Of a stretch of 64,000 nucleotides of DNA, positions 14,255-27,822 are shown one piece after another (positions within the stretch are counted from its first letter, which is position 1; each line of letters opens with the position of its first letter). The notes under the pieces are model-generated. The model was not told where the DNA came from and did no database searches. It saw nothing but the letters and a program-made list of their open reading frames with translations. The position numbers were made by a program, and so were the translations under genes. This DNA is from Octopus sinensis (lineage: Eukaryota), in the NCBI RefSeq assembly GCF_006345805.1, contig NC_042997.1:144336001-144400000 (forward strand). The letters run 5' to 3'.

Positions 14255-15125
14255 ATTGTACCAATGTAAAAAAAATCATTAATCTAAAAAAAAAAAATTT
14301 TTTTTCAGTTAAAAAAAATTGTACTCTCCAATGCACTTTATCTGGTTTAAAAGTATGGATAACAACTGAAAAGCCTTGTGTTAAGGTTCAGTCAGTCAGG
14401 GCTGACCTGAGCCTAAACAGTAAGCACACATAATTAGATTCTTATTCAGTTGTGTAAGGAGTGGTATTTAAATTGGGGTTTATTTTCATTCTCCTGTTAT
14501 TTTCACTCTCCTGTAAACAAATTTCAGGTGATACTAGAAGTAAAAATGCAATTAACTCAAGTTGATACTGCATAGCAATTTTGTCTGGTATATTATTAAA
14601 CAAACCATCTTCTTAGTTATCCTATAAAATCAATTGAGACCAGTTACAATTTAACTCATCAGTGTAAATTATCTTTGAAAGGAACTTCCTCTCTCAATTG
14701 TTACCACCCCATTCAACTGAGTATAGGAAATAGCTGGTGGCTGGAATTTAACTTGTCTCAGACAAATTAGTTTCATATGTGAGACTGAATTAATCTAATG
14801 GCTGAGCAAGTTTGCTTTCAGATTCATTCATCTTTGCTTCATAAAACCTATAGTGTCTGATTTGTCAAAATTATTCTGTAGGATTTTACTTGACATTTTA
14901 ATGCTTTAAAAACACCTCTGCCATTAAGCACTTATGAAAATGTAGGTGAATTTCCAAATCTATTGTCATTACTTTTGTCGTCTTTTTCTCAGATTTTGCT
15001 GTTGTCTAATACACACAACAGCTTCATTTTACTTTAGTTTTTCATTCTCCATATTTCTTTTTCTGTAGACTCTTCAAAGTAGCAATATTAGAAATCTGTT
15101 CAAACACTTTCATTTAATTTTTGAC

Positions 15126-15137
15126 AACCTCTGTAAA

Positions 15138-15175
<38 letters not shown>

Positions 15176-15287
15176 TTTACAGAGGTTATGAAAACGTGAA
15201 TGGATATGTGTGTGTGTGATTTTATATATATATATACATATATATATATAAAATCACACACACACACATATCCATTCACGTTTTCAT
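15126..15287. repeat. Two abutting palindromes centred on (AT)n tracts
   Basis: aacctctgtaaaagttt-(at)n-aaacttttacagaggtt (15126-15187), immediately followed by atgaaaacgtgaatggata(tg)6atttt-(at)n-aaaat(ca)7tatccattcacgttttcat (15188-15287). Confidence 0.95.
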
Positions 15288-17145
15288 TGTGTAGTACAGC
15301 TATTCCATTCCTTTTAACAGGTTTGACATTTTCTTTTAGTTATGTATTCTGAGTATGCTAAACTAGTATTACAAAAGCAGTAGTCTGATTAATTTAAAGT
15401 GAAGTTTGTGAGTTTGGCTAAGTTTGTATGCTGTGGACAGAAGAATTTGATGTTTCAACATTGTCCATTTAAGAGGGAGAGATTTCTCTGAAAGGACAAC
15501 TTTGAAATGTCAGATTTCTTTTCTCTTTGTAGCATACAAACTTATGGAAACACTTGAACTTCAGTGTAGAATTTTTGCCAACATAGACTACCACTATTTT
15601 CTTCAAACTCTTAACTTTTTGCATAATTTACAAGATGTTTGAGATAACTCTTGTGTTAAGTTTACCACATAGGACAAATGTCTTCCGGTTACTTCCATGG
15701 ACCAACCACTGCCTTGTGAGTCAACTTGGTAAATGAAGACTGGAAGGAAGCACATTGTGTTTCTGTGTGCCTCTGTTTGTTTTCCTTGCCACCACCACTT
15801 CACAACTGGTATTGGTCTATTTATGTCTTCAGAAGCCAGCAGTTCAGCAAATGAGACCAATAGAATAACAAACAAACTTAAAAATAAGAACTGGTATTGA
15901 TCTGTTTGACCAAAGCCTTTCAAGGTGGGGCTCTAGAGTGGCTGCAGTCCAGTGACTAAAACAAATAGGATATATGAAATATTTCTAGATGTTTCAATTT
16001 TTGAACATCACATATTTCAATAAACCATTAACAAAAAAAGTGAAATCTCTTTTGCATTTGGTTTTCAGGTGTGATTGTAAAATTAGAATTTCATATGTAG
16101 TTACATTTTTGGTAAATAAAATGACATATAGGGTTTGTTTTTTTTTCTCTAGTGGTCTTATGCCTTAATACATAAATAAGTAAAGATTTCTTGGAAATTT
16201 AGTACTGTTTAAAAAATGATATAGGAAGGTAATGAAAGGTAGAAGTAATATTCAGCTCGTATAAATGAAATTTTTCTTTTGTGCGTTATTTGTTGGCCAT
16301 TATTGATTTTGTTTTCTTAAATTTTACCTGTTCTTACTGGTTACCTGTCTCATTTTTTAATCTTTTAACCAGTTTATCTATTTTATCCAGTTCTCTATGT
16401 AATCCATTGGGAAAAAGTGAACAAGTACATACTCCAGTCATTAAGAAAATTATATCCAGATAAAATATTTTCTATTTTTAGGCTTAGAATTGTATCTCAT
16501 CTAATCAACTCAGAAGAGATGGCCACTGTTAGGGAAATGTAATACTTCTAATCTGTTTTTATAGATTTCAATACACTCCTCATTTTTTTAATGTTTTCTG
16601 TTAGCATTTTGGTTAGGTTAGTCAATATCTCTACAAGCTTATTCTTTCTCCTCTTGACTCTAGATAATAATGGCACTATAAATCTTTCTGTAGTAGGTAT
16701 TGTTGTCTTCATATTGATAAGGTTATGGCTGCCATTCCATTGCAGTAGTTCTCCTGTAAATATTTTGTAAAGAATTCTGCTTCTTTGTTAAATTGTTTTC
16801 TATCTCTTGTATATTGATAGAAATTTTACATTTTGTTTACTTTCAATGTCTGCCTTTCATGGTCATTGACAATTTACTGTGGAAACTTAACCAGGAGATA
16901 AATTATCTCCTCGATAAAGGGGTTTATTTCAAATCTACTGATCGGTCAACAATCATGCTATTACTCTTGGGTACTTCACAGGGATTCTGGTTATTAGTTG
17001 ATTTATGCATGGAGTAGTTAGTTACCAACAGGAAATTGCTATTAGGAAACAAATCTTTGTTTCCATTATTTCCATCTCTATAGCTGTTATTCTGCTTCAT
17101 GTAATATATTTCTAGTTTTCTTTTTGTCATATACTAAACACTTGG

Positions 17146-17485
17146 ATAGCTGTGTAGTTAAGAATCTTGCTTCACAACCATGTAATTTTGGGTTCAGTTC
17201 CATTGTATGGTACTTTGTGCGAGTGTGTATTATAACCCTAGGCTGACCAATGCCATGAGTAAATTTGGTAAACAGAAACTGTATGGTAGTCTGTATGTGT
17301 GAATGCTTTTGTATTGTCCCTCCATACCACTTGACGACTAATGTTGATTTGTTAACATCTCTGTAACTTAGTGGTTCAGCAGACACGACTGATAGAATAC
17401 TTAAAAACTACATACTGTTGTCAATTTGTTCAACTGAACTCTTCAAGGCAGTATCCCAGCATCACCACAGTCCAATGGTCGAAAC
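17146..17485 (+). mobile_element. SINE family 1, old and diverged
   Basis: gctgtgtagttaagaa..gggttcagttcc ... gtaacttagtggttcagc ... cagcatcaccacagtccaatgg. Confidence 0.65.
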
Positions 17486-20137
17486 TGCTAAAAGCTATAC
17501 ATAAAGTTGCTAAATTAAACAGGATGCTGGTCATCAGTTGAAACCGAAATCCCTTGATATTTCAGTATGTGAAGTATCTTAATTCTTTAGAGTCTGTCTA
17601 TTTAACAAGATGAGGATAAAAACATTATCATTCCTGATATCACTGATATCAAGTTAGTTGCTTAACTCACTTTTCTATGATCTCTTGGCCTTTTTCTATT
17701 CTTACGTTCTTTGGGCTCTAAAATTACTGTGTAGTTTAGTTTGCTTCCCTACCATGGTTTTGGTTTCAGTCTTACTGCACAACACCTGTGACATGGTTTC
17801 TACTAGAAACTCAAGTTAACCATTATCTTGCAAATAAATTTTGGAGAGAGAAACTGTAAGAAGCCTATTGAGTATGTATGTGTTTGTATGTATGAATACT
17901 GACACCCTATGACTTTACTTCATGCCACCAGAGTGAAATAGTGATATGTTTACATACCTTGTTGCAATGACCAGTTGCATTGCACTTTCAAAGACCTGTG
18001 GAATAAATCCTTTACTTGAAAAACAGGTAAGTGAGTGACAAAAGCATTCAGCCATAAAAATCTTCCCTCAGATAAGTCCCTACATAAACCATGCTACTAT
18101 GAAAAAAAAAAAAAAGTGGACGTTGAATGAATGAATGAATGAATGAATATTGCTGTGTGTGCCAAAATCAGGTCTTGGAATGTTATCACACACCATTCCA
18201 TGAGGCTGCTGGCTTGATTGGCATTGTCATTTTATCCAAATTACTCTCACAACAAGGTTAATTAATGTGCCAGGCAACTAGCCATACAGGGTTATGATTT
18301 TAAGAATCTAGACAAATTACGGTTTGTCTTTCTCTACTCCGTTGGAAATAGATGATTTGCTCATTTCATGATTGAGTGCTTGCTTTAACAATTTGGATGC
18401 AAATAGCTAAATTAGCAGAATCCATCTCGTTTATGTTCTCAATGGATGAAAAAGTAAGCTTTTCTCCACCTCCTCTGTTTTCCCATGTTTGATTTGATAT
18501 ATTTGTCAATCAATGCACACAAGCTTCTTAGATGCATTATTGTTCTATTCTGTGTAGTAGAAATAAATTTTCATGATGTTTGTCTATTATAACTTGTGTA
18601 TTGTTACTTCTGTACACCACTGTTTAGGTGTATGGACATCTTTGTGTCTATTATGAAGCTGATATGGAAAGAGTGAGCAAATGCAGCTGCTGAGATAGAT
18701 AGCAATAATTATGGTGTGTTAGAAAAAATGCATATACCTACCTTTTATATTGAACATTAGCAGGAGATGAAAGAATGGCTGGGGGAGAGGAGAGTATCTG
18801 CATATTCTCTGTTTTTCATTTCTGCAATCTATTACAATGGGAATTCGCTTCTCTGTTTGTATCCAATTTTCCTTTCTTTCTATCTGGTCTTTCTTCAGTT
18901 CAATCTCTTAGCTTTAAAGAAGTGGACAAAAGCAAGTTTTCAAATAAATTTATTATTTAGATAATAATACCAATAATAATACACTTCAGTTTTAATTAAC
19001 TAATCAATATTTTTAATTTCATATCATTTCCTGACTGGATTCTTAAAGATTTCCATGCTTAAATGTTGAATGATCATGACAAGCTGTTCGAGGATATTAA
19101 CTTCATTATCATTCCTTATGTAAGCTGCAGTCAGATTAAGGTGTTGTCAATGCTGGGAGGAGCTTACAGTAATAGCTTCTTGTTGATTTTTTTTTTCTCT
19201 TGTTTCTGGTTACATCAGAACAGAACAAAACAAAACACAAGAAAGAAAAAAAAAAATTAGTCTGAAGAAGCCATTATTAGTTCACTCCCCTATAAAGAAT
19301 GTGTAACTATCTGATCTCTTTCTATTACATGAACATTACTTGAAGCACTGCCTACAATTTAAACGAACAAGCCCCTTGAGATGAGAAATTGCTTCGATCT
19401 TCTAAAATTGAAAAAAAAAAAAATAAAATAAAAATTACAAAGTGTGTAAATGAAAATTTTAATTTTTCAAGAACATTGCAAGGTGTTACCCAGAATTCAT
19501 AATTCTAAATTTCAACAAATAAGAAGTTGCTAATCACTGTTTTGCCGTCTCTCTCCTGTAGAGCCATCGTTTCTTTAGACACTACCTTCTAAACTACTTC
19601 ACATCTCCATGGACTCACTGTTACATCCCATTGATTGCTTAAACACAAGTTAATGAATTATAATTCATCCAGTTAGAACTAAGAACCTATAAAATAGCTA
19701 TGACTATTCTCTCCCATTTATTTTAAAGATTTTCTTAAAAAGGTCTTGAAATTGAAGAATTAATATAGAGAAAGAATAGGGTTTACAAGAAACTATAGAA
19801 AGCCAGTTTACCATTTTTGTTCATTTTTGTAAATACTTGCTAATTTTCTGTTTGCTTGAGGTTAGCTTTGATTGATCAAAGACCTGGCTGTGACCATCCA
19901 TCATTTTTTGAAGTGGTAGGGTGTAATTTGAGGTATATTTTGCTTCTAATTTTATCAAATCAACACAAATTTTGTTTGCAATCGTTTTAAACTTGTCATT
20001 CATTATCGTCTATAATTTTTAATTAATCTTTGGTAACAAAAAAGAAAAATAAGTATAGATTCTATTACAACCTCCTTTCTTCTGTAGTTATGCTTTTGTT
20101 TACTTTCCCTCTCCCTCACCTGTGTATGGACTGTTAT

Positions 20138-20325
20138 TCTTTTACTTGTTTCAGTCATTTGACTGTGGCTATGCTGGAGCACTGCCTTAAGTCAACCAAA
20201 TCGGCCCTAGGACTTATTCTTTGTAAGCTTAGTGCTTATTCTATTGGTCTCTTTTTCCTAACATCTAAATTATGGGTATGTAGACACACCAACATCAGTG
20301 GCCAAGCGATGGTGAGGGGATATGC

Positions 20326-20364
<39 letters not shown>

Positions 20365-20374
20365 CATACACACA

Positions 20375-20414
<40 letters not shown>

Positions 20415-20565
20415 GCTTCTTTCAGTTTCCATCTTTCAAATCCACTTAAGGCTTTAGTTGGCCTGAGGCTATAGTAGAAGACACCCAAAGTGCCATGCAG
20501 TGGGACTGAACCCAGAACCATGTTGTTGGGAAGCAAGCTTCTTACCACGCAGCCACTCTTGTACC
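20138..20565 (-). mobile_element. SINE family 1, full length
   Basis: Reverse complement of the 7011 element, with an internal (TA)n(CA)n tract at ~20330-20412. Confidence 0.88.
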
Positions 20566-20673
20566 AATTATGTGTATTGGTATTTTTTTCTTTTTCTATC
20601 AAAATAAAAGGAGAAATATTCTGTGCAAATCACCTGAAGGTATTTGCACATTGAATCAGGTTTCTTTGGTTTA

Positions 20674-20875
20674 TCTTTTACTCGTTTCAGTCATTTAACT
20701 GTGGCCATGTTAGATCACTGCCTTGAAGGGTTTTAGTCAACACGGGTGCACTCCACTATATATATTAAGCTTGGCACTTATTTTATTAGGCCTTTTTGTT
20801 GAACTGCTAAGTTCAGAAGATGAAACAAACCAACACCAGTTGTCACACACTGGTGGAGGAACAAACATACACATC

Positions 20876-20935
<60 letters not shown>

Positions 20936-21094
20936 ATGGGCTTCCACACAATTTTCATCTACCAAATCCACTCAAGACTTTGGTCAGAACAAAGCTATGG
21001 TAGACATTAACCTAAGGTGCCATGCAGTAGTGCTGAACCTTAAACCATGTGGGTTGCTAAGTGAGTTTCTTAACTATGCTGACATACCTGCACC
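20674..21094 (-). mobile_element. SINE family 1, diverged, tandem to the previous copy
   Basis: tcttttactcgtttcagtcatttaactgtggccatg ... (CA)n ... gtgccatgcagt..tgctgaacc ... cctgcacc. Confidence 0.8.
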
Positions 21095-22285
21095 CATAAA
21101 ATTTACACAGGTCTGTTTTAACCAGGATTAGAACTTATGTTACCCTGGCCACAATATGGGATCCTAACCACTGGATGATCATATCCTCCAGGTTTTTTGT
21201 TCTTTTTTTCCTTTTTTTTTTTGTATAAAACAATTCCATCACTTCAGTATAGTTGCAAAAAGCAAATGTATTTTATATGTACGTGCAGCAATCTTTATTT
21301 GAGTTGTTAACTCACATCCCAATAACTGCCATCTAGTTATACTCTTCTGCCGAAGCTATCTTCATATAACAACCATATTTCGTCACATAGGGTGCACATT
21401 TTTTTTTTCCACTTCAAAAAAAAAAAAATCACCCTGGTTCCTAAATGTGAAATTGGGCATAAGCTTCAATGCATTAAAACCTTTTCTTGAAAATGTGCTG
21501 TTGAAATTGGGGGACATCTAATATGCCCATACATCAAATAAAGATAAAGTTATCCAGCAGCAACACAAATTTTTGCTTTGCAAATATCAGCCAGTCTGTT
21601 TTATCAAGAATATAAAATATTAATTTCTCTTTCAGATCTACTTTAGATCTCTATTTCATTATTTGATTATTATTATTATCGATTTATTTATTTTTTTTTT
21701 TTTCATAGCTGCTCAGTGGTGACACTTTCTAATATAGCTGAATGGGAAGGGTTATTATTAGATTTTGCATATGATCACTTAATATATGAAAGCTTAATAG
21801 ATGATATAAATTGATCTGTTAGATATCATTTCCAGAAATGGCATAGTCGTAATGAGCTACTCCTATATTTCTTAAAAGTATTAGGCTACTTTCCACTGTA
21901 GTCGTCATAGTAGTTGTTCAGCTTCAGATCTGCTTGGATCAAAGATGTTTCATCCATAACATTTTTTTAAAATTCCAAACCTAATGTATTTTGGATGATA
22001 TTATCTGTCTTTCCTACCTTTTTTTAAAAAAAAGATGGTACTGTGTTATATAAGGGAGATTTGGCTGATCTCTCATAATTTGATTCTCTGGACAGAATCT
22101 TTTGTCTTGTAAGCCAACTGTTATGATTAATATACTGTCAATTGCTTAGACTTCATGTTTATAGGTGATGAGGCCCCTATATTCTTAGAATTTTATTGGG
22201 AGTTATCCATTAACTATGAAAAAAAATTGCTTTTGTTAGTTTCTGTATGTAGGCGGCAGGAAGATCCCATTCTTTTGATATCAAG

Positions 22286-22368
<83 letters not shown>

Positions 22369-24955
22369 TATGTATATACTTTATATATAAACACATATAA
22401 TACACATAAAGATGCATGCTATTTCAATAATTACTCTTAGAATATCCAGTATACATGTGATTATACACACCTGCACGCACACGCACACACACGCACGCGT
22501 TATTGGTTTCTAAAATATTAGATCTCAAACCTTTTGGAATGGTTTAGATTGAATTTAAGAACAGTAAATCTTGCAATTGGCTGTTTTTATTTTTCTTGTA
22601 TTATTTCAATCCTACAATCAATGAGAATATAAATTAATTTCTATATCAGTAAAATACATGAAGACAAATTGTCATTCTGTAAATCTTACTCCCACCTCTC
22701 TCTCTTAATGTTCTGATATTTTTGGTATTTCAATTATATTTAAAATGCTAAGTTTTATGTAATTGATTTTCTTTTATTGCTAGCTAATATATTTTGTTTA
22801 CTATAAATGAATTTTTTTTTTTTTCTTGCTCTGTCGCCCTTGCAGTTTCAAGTGAAATAAAAAGATATGAAAATAGGTGTAAGGGTAGTTTCACGTTGAT
22901 CAATGCTGTACGAGTTAAATTTGTAAATGGAAATCTTTAGTTTTTTGTGTAAAATTTCTTGAGATAAAACAGCTCATAACAAACAAAAAACCTTGTGGTT
23001 TTTATTGTGAAACATACATTTTTTTTTATAAAGGAGGAAGAGGGTTTAGTCCTTCAGCTGATTTGATAAGTACAAGGCAAAGCTCCCACTTGTTCATTTC
23101 AAGTGACATCAGAGGATGTGAAAAATGTGAGATTAATTCTCAGTTAAATTGATAGTTAACCTTGTAAGTTAAATTTGATAGAAAGAAACTGTAAAAGCTT
23201 TTTGAGTGTTTATCATTATTTAACATCCATTTTCCATGCTGGCATGGGTTGTATGGTTTGACAAGAGATGGCAAATCATAGGACTGTAACAATCTCTATC
23301 GTCTGTGTGTATGAACTTTCTTGCAAGGTTAATCAGTATAGCATACCTTGCATTTATTTGATGTTAGTTATATCCTTCTAAACAAAGAAGACTTAGAAAT
23401 GTAATACAAATGGATAAAGTAAGTGCCAGACGAAAGAGTAGTTTATATAATTGACTAAAATACCTGAGTGTGGTACTCCAGTATGATCACAGGCTAAAGA
23501 CTGAAACCAGTCAATGAATTTTCAGAGAACCCATCTCTTTGTTTTTATATTTTGAAATGTCGCAATATTTTGGTTACTCAAAATATTTTTTATGCTGATT
23601 TTTTTTTTTTTTTTTTTTTTTTTTCTGAATAGCTTATTTCTTTTACTATTATTTGATGTTAATTATTAAGGAATTGTTTCACTCTCTTTCACTTGATATA
23701 TTGGGAAATTTTTTTTAAACTGGAAAAAGCCAACAAACTAATTTTTTCACTTTTTGTGTTTCAGACTAGAATTTGTTTCTCAGATTAGGACTATAGAATT
23801 TTACGTTTCTCAAAACCAAATTGCATTCTTGTGAAGATGAAATTTTAATTTACACTGAAGACTTTTCCAGTTGATATATTGTGCAAAATTTTCTCAGTCT
23901 TTTTATCTCTCTCATTCTGTTTCTTTCGTTAATCTGAGTTTATCATTTATTCTCTGCCATAAAGTTACCAATGAAATTTGAAGATATTCATTTCAATAAT
24001 TCTTTGGTATACTTATAAAATTTTGCTACCCTCTACAAAAAGACACCTGTTTCTGCATGTCCTACTTGTAACTGTTTGTTGCTTGGCACAAAATTGCTTC
24101 CCCCAACACTTCACTTCATGCTTCAATCATGAGCTGTTGACTTCACCGATGCCAGTGACACACAAAAAGCACCTAGTACACTCTGTAAACTGCTCAGTGT
24201 TAGGAAGGGTTCCCAGCTGTAGAAGCCCTATTGAAACACAGATTGGATCTTGGCACACTCCTTTGGTTCACCATCTGTTATAACAGTTCTGCCCATGCCA
24301 GCATTTAAAATGGATGCTTAACTAGTAATGATGGTGATTATATGACAAGCTGCTTAGTTTCCGTTTAGCAAATTCACTCATAAGGCATTGATCAGCTGAG
24401 ATCTATAGCAGGAAACACTTGCCTTAGGTACTGTGTAGTGGGACTGAACTCAAAACAGTGTTGCAAACTTTTTAACCACACAGCCATGCCTGCACCTGTT
24501 ATACATAATTCACTTATTATTCATTTTGGGTGTATAACTGAGAATTTCAGTGTAAAAATCTTAAATATCCCCCTTCATCACTCTCATTGCAAATCTCGTA
24601 AATCTTACAGCATAATTTACAGCATTACCAATCTACCTATCAATCCCCTTCATAAGACTGCATAATAATTGGGTTTATAATAAATGCTTGCCTTGCTGTT
24701 GGTTCTGAAGCACATTAATCAGGTTATTTGATGTATTGCTAATTATATATGTATATACTCACACACATGCAAGCACAGGCATTCATGCACACATCTATGC
24801 ATGCACATCTGCATTCATATATTCACATATGCAAGCACACGCATGCACACACACACAAACACACACGCACATTATTTAATTCTGAAATTCCCCTTAAGAT
24901 CTCATAAAGTTGCTATTAAAAATCTGCTCAGCTGATGAATTTTGACAGGTTATAT

Positions 24956-25005
<50 letters not shown>

Positions 25006-25252
25006 CATGCATGCAATGTATGTGTGCATATATAATTTTAAACTTGTAATTATCAGTAGAGAAATATCAATTATGATTTCTGCTGTAGAAAGTATGAAAT
25101 ATTATAATTTAAAATTGCAGGCTACAGCATTACCATGATGTGTGCATATCCCTCTTTTCCCTTTTTACTGTATAGCTCTCATCTTGTAAATCTTGTTTAT
25201 ATTGTCTGTGCTTGTAAAGTGCAGCTAGTAGTGGTGGTAGTAATGTATATAA

Positions 25253-25363
25253 TGTTGACCAATGACCTGATATTGGATCTGGAATAGCTGACCCTTTTTG
25301 TAGGGTCTGTTGACCAATGACCTGATATTGGATCTGGAATAGCTGACCTTTTCTTGTAGGGTC
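25253..25363. repeat. Tandem duplication of a 55/56-bp unit
   Basis: tgttgaccaatgacctgatattggatctggaatagctgacc(c/t)ttt(t/ct)tgtagggtc occurs twice. Confidence 0.95.
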
Positions 25364-25599
25364 ATTACTTTGATGAAGCAATAGTGATGTTGTGCAGGAT
25401 TATAGAACATGTAGGTTATTCTCTTACTTGTTGCAGTCATTAGATTGCAGCCATGCTGGAGCAGTGCCCTTACGTGGCTAGCTGAACAAATTAACATCAG
25501 TACTTTTTATTTCCTAGTCAGGTGCTTGTTTTGTAGTTTCCTTTTGCCAAACTGCTAAATTATGGCTAAGTAAGCAAACCAACACCAATTACCAAGCAG

Positions 25600-25952
25600 T
25601 GCTGGAGACGCACTGTTCCAGGTTCAGCTCTATTGTGTATCACTTTGGGCAAGTATCTTCTGCTATAGTCCTGAGCAACCCAAAGCCTTGAGCAGATTTT
25701 GTAGCTGGAAACTGAAAGAAGCGTGTGTGCGTGTGTGTGATATCGACATCATGTGATAGCTGTAGATGACTGTCATAGTCATACAGCGGTGTCATTCATT
25801 TCTAGTCTTTTGCTGACATGTCTGACCATGGGAAAATATTGGTGTGCTTGGAAATAGATGAGGATTGGTGACAGGGAGAGCATCTAGCTATAGAAAATCT
25901 GCCTCAATAAACTCTGTCCAATCCATTGGAAGCTTGAAAAAATGAACATGAA
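25600..25952 (+). mobile_element. SINE with family-1 head and RTE-like tail, diverged
   Basis: ggttcag..ctttgggcaagtatcttc..ctgaaagaagc ... agggagagcatctagctatagaaaatctgcctcaataa..aaatgaacatgaaac. Confidence 0.6.
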
Positions 25953-26226
25953 ACTAATATTTCTGGAGAATTCTACCCTGTATGTCTATATCATAATCTT
26001 CTTTAGTTAAACTAATATAAATTCAGAATTTACACTTACTACATCTTGTAGGCATCCTATGCTGTACAATAAACAGAAAGCTATGTGGAACATATTTTGA
26101 GATAATCCTGGATATGTAATTATTGTGATTATCCAAAATATAACATGTACGTGTAACTTATGTACTTTTAATCACAGAGTCTGGGTAAAACTGAAAATAG
26201 ACGGCCATGTTGAAAGTTTCTGTAAA

Positions 26227-26259
<33 letters not shown>

Positions 26260-27611
26260 TAAATGCCTATTGTTCAGTAATTATTTTTGTCCTTTTCTTG
26301 TTCTGACCCAGATACCACCAAGATTGTTGCACAAACATTTAATGACTCAATATTCTATTTGTGAAAGCCAGAGTAAAGCAAATCGTTCTTGGAGGGAACA
26401 TTTGTGATTCATAACTTGTCAAACTAGTTTCATACTTAAAGATACTGTCACTTTCTTACCGAATTTAATTACTTTTCTTTTGTGAGATTTCTATAATAAT
26501 TCCATTAAAACGATCTCCCTCTTTATTTTCTTTTACTGGTTTAATCATTGGACTGTGCCAATGCCAGGACAGTGACTTCAAGCTTTTTTGTGAATCATAC
26601 TAATCCTGTACTCATTTCACTCTGGTACATATTTTTTCAATCTCTTTGAACTGTGTAGTTATTGGGCGACTTTGTTAAGCAGTGTAAATAAACATGTGTG
26701 TGTGTATGTATATATATATATATAATCCAAACAAGAAAGCACAAAAAAAACACAACGTGAGGACGTGGAACAAATATAGTATTATTGGACACTCAGGAAA
26801 GAAGGAGGGTTTAACGTTTCAAGTGGAGCTCTTCGTCGGAAAGATCCAGAGAAGGGAAGACAGAGGAAAAAAAAATCGCCAACGGTACACACGAGGTCAC
26901 ATTTTAAAAGATATATATATATATAATTTAACATGATAGTTTTTCTGCTGGCATGGGTTGTATAGTCTGACAAACAACTAGAAAGCCAGAAGACTGCGCC
27001 ATGCTCCACTGTCTGCTTTTGGCATGGTTTTTTACAGTTGGACTCCCTTAATGCCAACCACTTTACAGAGTAGACTCCTAATACCAACAACAATACTCCT
27101 CTCAGAGTTGAGTTTTAATTGTTATCATTAATGTATCATCATGTCTCCTTTTCTTGCTGTCATACACTTGATTAGATATTTTCTGAATGGTTTTTCATAG
27201 CCAGATGCCTTCTTGATGCCAACTGTTTTTAGACATACCTCATTTAGTCTGAAAAACCATGATATTCAAATACTCATACACATATCAGTAATGAACTGAA
27301 AGAATGAGTGCTCAAAGAAATTTGGCCAAGGTTCCTTGCAGATGGAATTAATTGTAAATTGTAGGGTTGTTCATTCTTATCATGCAAATTCTATTGATGT
27401 TAGTTTAATGAAGAGCTACTATAATGTGGTAAATTTTTTTTAGCAATTTTTTCATCCTTTGTACACATGTTGGCAAAGTTATTCTTGCTTAGAATTGTCT
27501 TCATTTCTAAAAGAGAAAACCTAATTATATTCAAAAAGTTATTGTTTCCCAGTTTAAATATTTTCTGTTTTCAACCTTAAATTGTTAGGTGAGGTTAGTC
27601 CATAAGAAACA

Positions 27612-27822
27612 TAGGGCTGGTTTCCTAGTTTCTCTGGTGAATACATTCCTCCTTGAATGGGACACCTGTCCATCACAAGATTAACTCCTTTTTACCAGCT
27701 GAGTGGACTGGAGCAGCATGAAATAAAATGTGTTGCTCAAGAACACAACACATTGCCCAGTCCAGGAATTGAAACCATAATCTTACAATCACACCCTAAC
27801 CACTAAGCCATGCACCTCTACT
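27612..27822 (-). mobile_element. SINE family 2
   Basis: ccagctgagtggactggagcagcatgaaat..ttgctcaagaacacaacac..ccctaaccactaagccatgcacctc, the reverse complement of the 49772 unit. Confidence 0.75.

Noticed and set aside
25253-25363. Direct repeats superficially like a CRISPR repeat pair
   Set aside because: Only two adjacent copies with no spacer, a eukaryotic context and no cas genes.
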